Source: Deltaproteobacteria bacterium
Lineage (GTDB): Bacteria > Myxococcota_A > Polyangia > HGW-17 > JAJRWW01
Direction of reading: 5' to 3'
Length of the DNA: 64,000 nt
NCBI GenBank assembly: GCA_029938605.1
Contig: JAOZUO010000015.1
Span: 779-64,778 of the forward strand
The notes under the pieces were generated by a model. That model saw only the letters and a list, made by a program, of their open reading frames with translations. It did no database searches and was not told the DNA's origin. This document shows, one piece after another, positions 25,861-35,295 of the stretch. Position numbers and translations under genes: made by a program. Position 1 is the first letter of the stretch. Every line of letters begins with the position of its first letter.

Positions 25861-27843
25861 ATGAGCGACGCACCTCCCAACGCCCCCGAGGGCGGCGCCT
25901 CGGCGTCTGCTATTTCGACTGATATCGAGCCAGGAGCGCTCATTGGCGGGACCTACCGCATTGAGAAGCGGCTGGGTGAAGGTGGCCTCGGCCCCCTGTA
26001 CCGCGCCGTGGATGAGCGGTCTGATGCCATGGTGGCGCTGCGGGCCCTGGTGCCGGAGCTCACCGGGCATCCGGAGGTGGCCGCGAGCCTGCGGGCGCAG
26101 ATCGAGGTCGCCACCTCCCTTAAGCACAAGAACATCGTCAAGACCTTCGGCATCGCGGCCGAGGGTGAGCTGCTGTTTGTGATCACCGAGCACGTGGTGG
26201 GTCAGTCCCTGCGGGAGATCATGGATCGCAAGCGGCGTTCGAACAAACCCTTCACTCTCAAGGGGGCGTACAACATCGTTGCTCACCTGTGCAACGCCTG
26301 CGGCTACGCCCATGAGACCTCCCTGCACGGCGCCCTGAATCCGGGGAACATCCTGGTGAATAAGGCCGGGCGTATCAAGATCGGCGAGTTCGGCTACGCC
26401 AGGGCGCTCTCGGGCCTGGGCAATTTCGAGAGCCTGCTCGGCGGTAGTGGGTATCTGTATCTGGCCCCGGAGCTGACCCAGAACCCGGCCAGCGCCGATG
26501 GTCGCGCGGATGTCTACGCCATCGGAGTCATCCTGAATGAGCTCATCACGGGGCGCTCTCCGGCGGAGAGCTTCGAGTCGCCCAGTACGGTGCGGCCCGG
26601 CCTTCCCGTGGAGGTGGACCAGGTCATCGGTCGTTGCATGCGGCCGGTGCCCGACGAGCGGTTCGAGTCCATCCAGATGCTCAAGCTGGCTCTCATGAGC
26701 GCTTTGGAGGACGTCTCCGAGGCGCCGACCTCCGGGCAGGTCAAAAAGCCTGTCGCGGCGTCGGCCGGGGTCGATGTAGACATCGATATCGATATCGATA
26801 TCGACATCGATATGGACATCGATGTGGATGTCGATATGGACGACGACGATGACCAACCCGCACCTGAGGCGGCGGTCTCCGCATCGCCTTCAGGCCGGCC
26901 CGGGCTCCCGGCGGATCTGCCTCCGCCACCGGCGGCGGACGAAGATCCCTTTGCCGCGGGACCGGGCGGCGGTGGCGCGGAGGGCGGCCCGCCGCTCATC
27001 GGCGGCGCGGATGACGCCTTCGATCTCGAAACCCTCATCACCGAGGCCGCGGGTGAGGATGAGGATAAGTTCCTCATCTCCAAGCAGGGGCTCGAGTATG
27101 GTCCCTTCGCGGTGACCGAGATCAAGCGGCAGATCGCCTCGGGCGAGATCGAGCCCGTCGATTCGGTGGTGGACGTGGATTCGGGAAAACGGATTAAGGT
27201 CAAGGTTCACCCGCTGTTCAAGGATTTCACGCAGGAGGTGGTGCGTCGACGGGAGGCCCAGCGGAGGGCCGTGGCGGAGAGCGCTACTGAGACCACCGAG
27301 AAGCACAAGTCTCGCGTGATGCTTATCGTCGGGATCGTCGCCGTGGCGGTGATCGGGTTGGGTGTGGGGTCGGTGCTGATCTACCAGGGCATCACCAAGA
27401 AGAAGAAGGGGATGTCCAAGCGTGGTGGGGCAGGGGACAGCGACTATATCGGGAGCGCCGAAGATATCGCGGCCATGAAGAAGCGACGGGGACGACGGGG
27501 GCGGCGACGGGGCGGCCGTAGCGGTGGTTACGGACTGGACATGCAGGTGGCCGGCATGGACTCCTTCAACTTTGGCGGTATGCACGGTGGCCAGGAGCGG
27601 CTCAGCCCGTCGGTGATCCGGTCAATCATCGACCGTCGGAAGAATCGCGTGGGCAACTGTATGATCAGCGCCGGCTCCAAATCGATCCGCGTTTTCGTTC
27701 ATGTACGGGGCAGCGGCAAGCTGGGCTATGTGGGCACCAAGCCCAAGAGCGCCTCCGGTTGCGTGCGGCGGGCCCTGAGCGGTCTGCGATTCCCCAAGTT
27801 CAACGGCTCGGTCACCAAGGGAAGCTACTACCTGAGCATGTGA
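25861..27843 (+). CDS. Ser/Thr protein kinase-like protein, predicted pseudokinase; central acidic (DI)n repeat, GYF/DUF4339-like segment, TM helix, C-terminal AgmX/PglI-type domain
   Basis: The kinase fold is recognisable (GTYRIEKRLGEGGLG...SLKHKNIV...APE). The catalytic motifs are degenerate: VAIK becomes VALRAL, HRDLKPxN becomes HGALNPGN, and DFG becomes EFG. (GATATC)n encodes VDVDIDIDIDIDIDMDIDVDVDMDDDDD. The C-terminus IRSIIDRRKNRVGNCMISAG...GCVRRALSGLRFPKF matches the AgmX/PglI C-terminal family. Confidence 0.8.
   Translation: MSDAPPNAPEGGASASAISTDIEPGALIGGTYRIEKRLGEGGLGPLYRAVDERSDAMVALRALVPELTGHPEVAASLRAQIEVATSLKHKNIVKTFGIAAEGELLFVITEHVVGQSLREIMDRKRRSNKPFTLKGAYNIVAHLCNACGYAHETSLHGALNPGNILVNKAGRIKIGEFGYARALSGLGNFESLLGGSGYLYLAPELTQNPASADGRADVYAIGVILNELITGRSPAESFESPSTVRPGLPVEVDQVIGRCMRPVPDERFESIQMLKLALMSALEDVSEAPTSGQVKKPVAASAGVDVDIDIDIDIDIDMDIDVDVDMDDDDDQPAPEAAVSASPSGRPGLPADLPPPPAADEDPFAAGPGGGGAEGGPPLIGGADDAFDLETLITEAAGEDEDKFLISKQGLEYGPFAVTEIKRQIASGEIEPVDSVVDVDSGKRIKVKVHPLFKDFTQEVVRRREAQRRAVAESATETTEKHKSRVMLIVGIVAVAVIGLGVGSVLIYQGITKKKKGMSKRGGAGDSDYIGSAEDIAAMKKRRGRRGRRRGGRSGGYGLDMQVAGMDSFNFGGMHGGQERLSPSVIRSIIDRRKNRVGNCMISAGSKSIRVFVHVRGSGKLGYVGTKPKSASGCVRRALSGLRFPKFNGSVTKGSYYLSM
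26770..26853 (+). repeat. (GATATC/GACATC)n hexanucleotide repeat inside the kinase-like gene
   Basis: Direct reading: about 12 hexamer units containing repeated EcoRV-type palindromes. Confidence 0.9.
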
Positions 27844-27889
27844 CGGCGTCTTTTGTAGAGGCGCCGCTTCATCCCCAGACCGGTCCACC

Positions 27890-29869
27890 ATGATCAAGCG
27901 CAGAGCTATCATAACCCCGTTGGGGTGCTTTTTGCTCGGGTTGATCCTGGCCACGATCATGTTTGCGGTGGCCACGTTGGATCTGGCCCTGCCGCCCCAA
28001 GACTACCCCAAGGTAGGTGAGCCCGCACCCATTAGCTATCGGGTGCCCACGGTGCATGTCGTTCAGGAGCTCGACGAGAAGAGCCTCTACTGGCGCGTGC
28101 GGTTCGAGGTGGGGGCCGGCACCGCCATCACCCAGAGTACGCTCAAGAAGCTGCGCGCCCTGGAGGAGCACCGGCGTCCTCCCGGCCTGGGGTTCTCCCT
28201 CGGCCTGGGGGCGCTGCTGTTCTCTTTGTTCGTGTTGGCCAGTTTCTGCGTGCGGTTCTTCGTGCGAAACGGGGATCAGCTCCGGGTGCAGCTCGTTCTC
28301 TTTTTGCCCTTGGTGGTGCTGCTGGGTCTGGCCAAGGTGCTGTTCGTGTTTACGCCCTTGTCCATGTTCTGGATCCCCCTGGCGGCTCTCAGTATGACCT
28401 GGGCCATCATTCACACCCGCATCTCGGGCATCGCCGTGGGGGTCACCGGCGCCGTGGCAGCGGCTACGTTGTTTCCGCTGGATCTGGGGCTTCTCATCGT
28501 CTTGAGCGCCCAGGCGCTGGTGCCACCGCTGCTCATGGACCGCTTGCGTAAGCGCCGCTCCCCGGGGATTGCGTGGCTCGGGGGATGCGCTGCCGCGATG
28601 TTGACCTATGTGGGCTACCACTGGTTCGCCCAGGGCAGCCTGCCGGCCGAGGACCTGAGTGATCTCCAGCGATCGGGGCTGCTCGCGGTCATCGGCGCTG
28701 CGGCCATGGCTCCGTTGCTCACCTATGCCGCCAAGCCCCTGTTCCAACCCCTGCTGGGGGTGGTCTCCCCTGGGCGCCTCATGCAGTTGTCGGATCTGGA
28801 TCATCCACTTCTGGCCGAGCTGGCCGAGGAGGCGCCGGGCACCTGGCAGCACACCCTCGCCATGGCCAACCTGGCCGAGGTGGTGTGCACCACCATCGGC
28901 GCCAACTCCAAGCTGGTGCGGGTGGGGGCCTACTATCATGACGTGGGCAAGCTCACCAATCCCAAGTATTTCGCGGAGAACCTCGAATCGGGTGATGTCT
29001 CTCCCCACGGCGATCTCGCTCCGGAGGAGTCTGCGGGCTTCATTTTCGAGCACGTCACCGAGGGCGCTCGCCTGGCCAGGCAGCACAACCTCCCCTACGC
29101 CGTAAGGGAGTTCATTTTCACGCACCATGGGGACGGGGTGCTGGAGTTCTTTTGGCACAAGTGCCAGGAGCAGGGGAACCCGCGGGATCTGCCCGAGGAG
29201 GCCTTCCGATACCCGGGCATCCGTCCGCAGACCAAGGAGACGGCCATCCTGACCATGGTAGACGCGGTGGAGGCGGCTGCCAGAACCCTGCGGGACCCAG
29301 ACGTCGACCGCATCGACAGCCTGGTGCGGCGTATCATCTTTGGCAAGCTCAAGTCTGGCCAACTCGACGAGGCCGGGCTCACGGGCGCGGACCTCGGGGC
29401 CATCATCACCACTTTGCAGGAGGTCTTGCGCAGCCAGCACCATGTGCGCCCCGAGTACCCCTGGCAGAAGAAGGAGCGAGAGGCAAAGGCCCAGGCGGAG
29501 GCTCAGGTCCAGGCCCAGACTCTGGAACGTCCGCCCGCTCCGTCGCCGTCGCCGTCTCCGGATCTCCCTGTGGAGGAGTCGCCGGCCCCGGATCTCCCTG
29601 TGGAGGAGTCGCCGGCCCCGGAGGATCCGCCCGTGGAGTCGATGATCGTGGTTCCCCCGGGGGAGGCCGCTGGTGTGCCCCAGGAGTCCGAGTCTCCCAG
29701 CGAAGAGCTGTCCGCTGCCTTGGAGGGAGACCTCAGTGGGCCGGTGCCCATCCCGAGTGATCCGCAAACCGCGCCCGTGGCGACCGAACCCGGGCCCCGG
29801 CTCGAAGAGGATGTGCCCGACGACACCATTCGCGATCCGAGTCCCACGTCGCGCGATTCCGATGGGTGA
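27890..29869 (+). CDS. 7TM receptor with intracellular HD hydrolase domain (7TMR-HD / PgpH-like HDIG phosphohydrolase)
   Basis: Multiple TM helices precede the HD motif (HTLAMANLAEVV...YYHDVGKL...HHGDGV). The acidic/proline C-terminal tail carries a 30-bp x2 repeat (PDLPVEESPA)x2 at 29558-29617. Confidence 0.8.
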   Translation: MIKRRAIITPLGCFLLGLILATIMFAVATLDLALPPQDYPKVGEPAPISYRVPTVHVVQELDEKSLYWRVRFEVGAGTAITQSTLKKLRALEEHRRPPGLGFSLGLGALLFSLFVLASFCVRFFVRNGDQLRVQLVLFLPLVVLLGLAKVLFVFTPLSMFWIPLAALSMTWAIIHTRISGIAVGVTGAVAAATLFPLDLGLLIVLSAQALVPPLLMDRLRKRRSPGIAWLGGCAAAMLTYVGYHWFAQGSLPAEDLSDLQRSGLLAVIGAAAMAPLLTYAAKPLFQPLLGVVSPGRLMQLSDLDHPLLAELAEEAPGTWQHTLAMANLAEVVCTTIGANSKLVRVGAYYHDVGKLTNPKYFAENLESGDVSPHGDLAPEESAGFIFEHVTEGARLARQHNLPYAVREFIFTHHGDGVLEFFWHKCQEQGNPRDLPEEAFRYPGIRPQTKETAILTMVDAVEAAARTLRDPDVDRIDSLVRRIIFGKLKSGQLDEAGLTGADLGAIITTLQEVLRSQHHVRPEYPWQKKEREAKAQAEAQVQAQTLERPPAPSPSPSPDLPVEESPAPDLPVEESPAPEDPPVESMIVVPPGEAAGVPQESESPSEELSAALEGDLSGPVPIPSDPQTAPVATEPGPRLEEDVPDDTIRDPSPTSRDSDG

Positions 29870-31001
29870 TTCGACCCGATACCTTCGCAAGCCGCATCAG
29901 ATCGTTTCCGGTAACGAGGTGCGGCTGCTCGTCGACGGAACGGAGGCCTATCCTGCCATGCTGGAGGCCATCGGCGGGGCGCGAGACACCATCAACCTCG
30001 AGACGTACATCTTCGCCTCGGACGAGACGGGTTGGCGTTTCGCCCGCGCCCTGGCCCAGTCCGCCCAGCGCGGCGTGGAGGTGAACGTGCTGTTGGACGG
30101 CTACGGCTCAGTGGGTTGCTCCTCGGCGCTGCTGGAGTACCTCGCCGAGGCCGGGATCCGGGTGACCTGGTACAAGCCCCTGGCGCCTTGGCGGTCGGGC
30201 TGGGGCTGGTGGCGGCGAGATCACAAGAAGATCCTGGTGGTGGACGGTGGCGTGGCCTTCGTGGGGGGGCTGAACATCGCCGACGACTACGCCGACCCGG
30301 CGTGCGGTGGGCGGGGATGGCGTGATACCCACGCCCGCCTCGCGGGGCCCGTGGTGGTCGGGCTACAGGAGTCTTTTGGGCGCACCTGGCGCAAGTCCAA
30401 GGGTGCGCACCTGGATCCGTCGCGCCACTATCCTGAGCTGGCCGCCATGGGACCATCGGACGCGGCGATCTTAACCAACCGGATCCATAAGGAGCGGCGC
30501 CAGATCCGCAAGGCGTACCTCCACGCGCTCAAACACGCCCAACGATACATCTATCTCACAAGCGCCTATTTTGTGCCGAGCTACCGGATCCGGAGTCGTC
30601 TGCGCAAGGCCTGCGCTCGGGGTGTTGACGTACGGATTCTGCTCGCTGGTACCAGCGACATCGCCCTGGTGACCCGGGCCGCCCGCCACCTGTACACCAA
30701 GCTGCTCAAGTGCGGTGTCAGGATCTATGAGTGGGGGGGGCCCATGATCCACGCCAAGACCGCCGTGGTGGACGGCGTCTGGTCCACCGTGGGCAGTTGC
30801 AACCTGGACTTCATGTCCATGCGCTACAACCTGGAGTCCAACGTCGTGGTGCTCGGCGACTGCCTGGCCGATCCCCTCACGGAGCTTTTTGTCCGGGATC
30901 TGGAACACGCCACCGAGATCAACCTGGCCCAGTGGCGCCGGCGCTCAGGGTGGCAGCAGTTTTGGGACAGCCTGGCCTACCGCCTCCGCAACTGGCTCTA
31001 G
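29862..31001 (+). CDS. cls: Cardiolipin synthase / phospholipase D family (two HKD motifs, ClsB-like, no N-terminal TM)
   Basis: The start is taken at the ATG at 29862 (MGDSTRY), overlapping the upstream stop by 8 bp (ATGGGTGA). The HKD motifs are WRRDHKKILVVDG and IHAKTAVVDGVWSTVGSCNLD. Confidence 0.85.
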   Translation: MGDSTRYLRKPHQIVSGNEVRLLVDGTEAYPAMLEAIGGARDTINLETYIFASDETGWRFARALAQSAQRGVEVNVLLDGYGSVGCSSALLEYLAEAGIRVTWYKPLAPWRSGWGWWRRDHKKILVVDGGVAFVGGLNIADDYADPACGGRGWRDTHARLAGPVVVGLQESFGRTWRKSKGAHLDPSRHYPELAAMGPSDAAILTNRIHKERRQIRKAYLHALKHAQRYIYLTSAYFVPSYRIRSRLRKACARGVDVRILLAGTSDIALVTRAARHLYTKLLKCGVRIYEWGGPMIHAKTAVVDGVWSTVGSCNLDFMSMRYNLESNVVVLGDCLADPLTELFVRDLEHATEINLAQWRRRSGWQQFWDSLAYRLRNWL

Positions 31002-31832
31002 CTACTTGCCGAAGAGGCGGACCATTTTGGCGTAGGTCCTGTTGGTGGCCCGCCGAACGCCCTTGATGCCGGTGTTGCGACAGAGCTTGCGCCCCAGGGG
31101 ACCGCTGCACATGGCGGAGACGACCTTTTTCATCTTGCTGATGTCGCCACCGCGAGCGTACCTGCCCAGGGCCACCAGGGGCGCTCCCGGAAGGCGCGGG
31201 GACTTGTGCAGCACCACCAGCGGGTACCCGCGACGCTTCATGATGCGCAGTTGCTCGTCGTTGATGATGGTGGCGTCGGCGCGGCCTCGCTTCACGTCGC
31301 GCATTCCCTTGGTAGTGGCGCGGACTTTTTTGAGCTTGAAGTGCGTGGTCACGTTGATCTTGCCGCCGAACATCACCTTGTTCAAAAAAGTGGTCTCTTC
31401 CAGGTGATCCGAGGTGAGCCGCTTTCCTTGAAGCTGGGCCAGGCTCGTGTACGTCCCCTTCTTCACCACCAGGTACAGACGCTGACCGGCACCGTATAGG
31501 ATGTCGACCTGGCCGATGACCCGCAGCTTGAGCCGGGTTCGCTGCTCGAGGTACACGCCCAGGGAGAGGACGGCGAAGCCCGGTCGGATGGAACGCACGC
31601 GGGCCAGGCAGCTCGCGTAGGTCGGGTGGAAGCTTCCGTTGATGGTGCTCGCCGGCCAGGCTGCCAACGATTCGATTCGGCGGAAAAACGGCGCCATATA
31701 GGTCTTGGCGCCGATGGTGGAGCCCGGGCTCCCTGGCATGCAGATGACGAGGTCCCGGCCGCCGGCCAGGGCCTGCCGACCACCGATGAGGCTCACGAGT
31801 AGGATCGCGGTTACAATGAGAATGCGCTTCAT
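31002..31832 (-). CDS. Periplasmic solute-binding protein, PhnD/SsuA/transferrin-like (putative)
   Basis: The start is taken at the internal ATG (MKRILIVTAILLVSLIGGRQALA signal peptide). A type-2 PBP-like alternation of beta/alpha segments is seen. It lies 49 bp downstream of the MMPL exporter. Confidence 0.45.
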   Translation of the reverse strand: MKRILIVTAILLVSLIGGRQALAGGRDLVICMPGSPGSTIGAKTYMAPFFRRIESLAAWPASTINGSFHPTYASCLARVRSIRPGFAVLSLGVYLEQRTRLKLRVIGQVDILYGAGQRLYLVVKKGTYTSLAQLQGKRLTSDHLEETTFLNKVMFGGKINVTTHFKLKKVRATTKGMRDVKRGRADATIINDEQLRIMKRRGYPLVVLHKSPRLPGAPLVALGRYARGGDISKMKKVVSAMCSGPLGRKLCRNTGIKGVRRATNRTYAKMVRLFGK

Positions 31833-31881
31833 GGCTGGTTCCTCCGTAGGCTCTGGATGGTAGACGTCGCCCCCGGGGGGA

Positions 31882-34800
31882 CTATTCACCGTCCTTTGGG
31901 GGAGGTGGCTGGGGCTCGTCGCTTTTTCCACCGGGGGATGGTTGGTCTGAATCCGTCCCCTGCTTCACGGGGGTGATTTTGGACTGACCGGACTTCACAC
32001 GGTCGGCCTCGGCCTTGCGTACCTTGGGCAGCATTCGCAGCATGGCCGGCAGCACCACCAGCGCCGTTACCATGCAGGTGCTGATGCCGATGAGCATGGT
32101 CTGGCCCATGGACTTCATGCCTCCGTGGGATCCCGCCGTCAGAGCGCCGAAGCCGATCATGGTGGTCATGGCCGCCAGGAACACCGCGCCCCCCGTGTGG
32201 CGAATTACTTCGAATACCTTGTCCTCGCCCTCTTGTCGGAAGCGGTGGATGATGTGCACGCAGTACACCACTCCTATGCCCATGAGCAGCGGAACCGCTA
32301 CGATGTTGGCGAGGTTGTAGTCGATCTTGAACAGGCTCATCATGCCGATCATCCAGGCCGCACCCATGGCCAGTGGGATCAGCGCCAGCAGCATATAGCC
32401 CACCGCCTTCATGTCGAACATGGCCATACCGCCCACCATCACCAGCACGAAGCCCGCCGCTCCCGTCCAGCCCGACATCTGGTAGGACCACACCGCGAGC
32501 ACCGCCAAAGGAACCACGGCCAGCACGGCGTACTTGTCCTCGGTGAAGTCCAGCAGCAGCAGCAGCATGATGGCCAGGGCCGCCAGGAAGGCTGCGTTCA
32601 GGATCCCGTCCTTGATCATCTCGATGTGCACGTAGAAGGTCACCGGGAACCCGGTGGGAGACGCCTTGCGCTTGGCGGCCACCTTGGTGGTGGATTTGAC
32701 GAACTTACCCAGGAAGATGCGGTTCCACACGCTCTTGTTGGGGTAGACGTACACGGCGATGCCGCCGCTCTTTCCCACGTAACGCTCCCGGGCGAAGGGC
32801 GGCAGGGACTTGGCGGTGATCTTTTTGACCCGGAGCATCTTGAGCACCATGGTCAGCCCCTTACCCAGCATGGTGAACAGCGCCTGCTGGAAGGCCTCCA
32901 CGCGTTTTTTGGCGCCGGGGCGCGCGATGGGGCCGTCGGCCCCTTCGGTCACGAGCAGCTTCTTCACCCGCACGATCTGACGGCGCAGCTTGCCCAGGGC
33001 TTTGGCCTCGGACTTGCGGCCGTGGCGGCGGGCCAGGATGGACACCTCGTCGAAGGTCTCTTCCAAGCCGTCGAGGCGCTCCTCCAGCTTCACCGGATCC
33101 ACCGGCGGAAGCTTTTCGTAGCGGTTCTTGAGCCCGGAGAACATCTTGCGAAAGGTTCCGATGATCTCGAGCTTTTTAGGCTGGTCGGGAGGCACCGCCT
33201 TGCCGATGTGGTCGACCTTGAGCACCTCCGCCAGACCCTCGAGCTCCTTGCCGATGGCTCGCGCCTCGGCCATGGTTTTGACGAGGATGCCGATGAACTC
33301 GGTCTTGAAGTCCGACTCCTCGATCATCTTGATGTAGGCCTCTTTGGACTCGGTGTCCTCGGGCATCATCGAGGTGATGTTGTAGTCCAGGGGCGGCTCC
33401 TTCTGTAGGGCAAAGGCGCCGGTGACCACCGCTCCCACCAGCAGGATCGCGATGGGATAACGGACCAGCAGCCGCACGGCCGCCGAGCGCTTGTGTCCCG
33501 TGCCGGGACGAGCGAGCTTGGGCAGGGGGCCGGGCTTGAGCACCAACATGGCCGGCAGGATCCCCAGGGCCGCGATGAGCATGAAGATCATCCCCGTGCC
33601 GGCGATGACCCCGAGCTCGGAGAAGGCAGTGAACTCGCTGATGGCCGTGGTGTAGAAAGCCGTGGCCGTGGTCAGGGCGCCGGTGAGCAGCCCGGGGCCC
33701 ACGCCCATGATGGCCGTTTCCACGGCCTGCTTCGGATCCTCGCCGTTGCCTCGCGCCTCGTTGAACCGCGCGATGATGTGGATGCCGAAGTCGATACCCA
33801 ACCCCAACAATATGGCCGCGAACAGCGACGTGATGAGGTTGAATCCTCCGTACAGTACGACCGTGAAGGCCACGGTCCAAAGCAGCCCCACCAGCAGCGC
33901 TGAGTTGGCCAGCACCGCCTGGCGAACCACCCGGAAGACCAGCATGAAGATGAGGGCGATGCCCACCAGCGCCAGGATGGTGGTGGTGAACATGTCCCGC
34001 TGGATGATCTTCATCTCGTCCACCACCAGGGCGGGGTACCCGGTGAACTGGACCCGGACGCCCTTGTGGCTCCGCACGATCTGCTTGGCCAGGGCCCTGG
34101 CGCGCTCCACCAGGGGGATGAGGGCCTTGGTTTCGTCGGAGTCCGTGACCGGGCGGATGAACAGGTAGAGGCGCTTGTACTGCCGGTCCGCCAGGTAGCC
34201 CTGGGGATCCAGGTTGGCCTTGGACAGGTCGAAGCGCTTCATGTACCGGTCCTCGAGCCCGGTGATCCTCTTGCGATCGGGGTCTACCAGCCAGGACTCG
34301 ATCTCCTTGAAGAGCTGCTCAAAGATCTCGATGCCTTTGCCCTGGGCGCCGGACTTGAGCACGATGGGATCGGGGTTGGCCACCGTCTCTTTCACCAGGT
34401 CCTGGACGGCCTTGAGCATGGTGTCCAGGTCGGTGATGGAGATGAAGCGCTGCACCATCTTCGGCGACATGAGTCCCTGGCGCTTGAGCGAATCCTTGAG
34501 GTTCTCCAGCTCCTTGAGCGGCACGTACAAAAGTGCCCGCTCCTTGATCTTGTCTATGTCCACGTGATGCATCACGTGCTTGTAGAGCTTGGGCTCGGCC
34601 CGCAGCGCTTTGGCGAGCTTGTCTGACACTTTCCGTCGCTGATCCAGGGTTCCCCCCTCCACCACGGCGATGAGGTGGTTGGGGTTTCCGAACTCCCGCA
34701 AAAATGAATTGAGCTGCTTCTGGTAGGGGTTGTCCTCGTCCATGAGGTTCGTTCGGGACGTGGAGATGGTCAGGAAGGGCAGCGCCGCCAGGGAGGTCAG

Positions 34801-35016
34801 GGTCAGCGCCGCGGCCACCCCCAGCACGATGAGCGGCTTGTTTGTCACCGCGTATACGAAGCCGCGCAGGATTCGGTCCCGCAGCATCACCAGGGTCAAC
34901 GATAGGATCAGCAGCATCATCAGCGCCAGCACCATCCAAGGCTTGCTGAACAGCGCCGCGCGCGCAAAGACGAGGGTCAGATCCACAGGGGTTCTCCAAA
35001 CATAGCCACAGGCCAC
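31882..35016 (-). CDS. MMPL-family RND-superfamily exporter (HpnN-like), ~12 TM with two large periplasmic domains
   Basis: 1044 aa with two blocks of 5-6 TM helices typical of MMPL/RND. The C-terminal tail is Pro-rich. Confidence 0.8.
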   Translation of the reverse strand: MACGYVWRTPVDLTLVFARAALFSKPWMVLALMMLLILSLTLVMLRDRILRGFVYAVTNKPLIVLGVAAALTLTSLAALPFLTISTSRTNLMDEDNPYQKQLNSFLREFGNPNHLIAVVEGGTLDQRRKVSDKLAKALRAEPKLYKHVMHHVDIDKIKERALLYVPLKELENLKDSLKRQGLMSPKMVQRFISITDLDTMLKAVQDLVKETVANPDPIVLKSGAQGKGIEIFEQLFKEIESWLVDPDRKRITGLEDRYMKRFDLSKANLDPQGYLADRQYKRLYLFIRPVTDSDETKALIPLVERARALAKQIVRSHKGVRVQFTGYPALVVDEMKIIQRDMFTTTILALVGIALIFMLVFRVVRQAVLANSALLVGLLWTVAFTVVLYGGFNLITSLFAAILLGLGIDFGIHIIARFNEARGNGEDPKQAVETAIMGVGPGLLTGALTTATAFYTTAISEFTAFSELGVIAGTGMIFMLIAALGILPAMLVLKPGPLPKLARPGTGHKRSAAVRLLVRYPIAILLVGAVVTGAFALQKEPPLDYNITSMMPEDTESKEAYIKMIEESDFKTEFIGILVKTMAEARAIGKELEGLAEVLKVDHIGKAVPPDQPKKLEIIGTFRKMFSGLKNRYEKLPPVDPVKLEERLDGLEETFDEVSILARRHGRKSEAKALGKLRRQIVRVKKLLVTEGADGPIARPGAKKRVEAFQQALFTMLGKGLTMVLKMLRVKKITAKSLPPFARERYVGKSGGIAVYVYPNKSVWNRIFLGKFVKSTTKVAAKRKASPTGFPVTFYVHIEMIKDGILNAAFLAALAIMLLLLLDFTEDKYAVLAVVPLAVLAVWSYQMSGWTGAAGFVLVMVGGMAMFDMKAVGYMLLALIPLAMGAAWMIGMMSLFKIDYNLANIVAVPLLMGIGVVYCVHIIHRFRQEGEDKVFEVIRHTGGAVFLAAMTTMIGFGALTAGSHGGMKSMGQTMLIGISTCMVTALVVLPAMLRMLPKVRKAEADRVKSGQSKITPVKQGTDSDQPSPGGKSDEPQPPPPKDGE

Positions 35017-35295
35017 CCAGAATCCGGCCCCTGGGTCTGACTGTCAAGGTGAGATTGAGGGGAGGGGAGTGCGCGACCCCCGGCCTTCGCGGGGGCAGGC
35101 TCTACGTCATAGGACAAAAGTGTAGGTCGGTGTCTCAGGACGCAAGCCGCACGCGCCCGACATTTCGGAGTCGGTTGACGGCTGAGTTCACCCAATGTAA
35201 TACTGCCGATAATTATTTTGCTGGAATCGGCTTTCTGAAAGCAATTTTGGGCCCTGGCTAGTGAGTCTTACACCATCAATTCAGGTGAATGTGCA

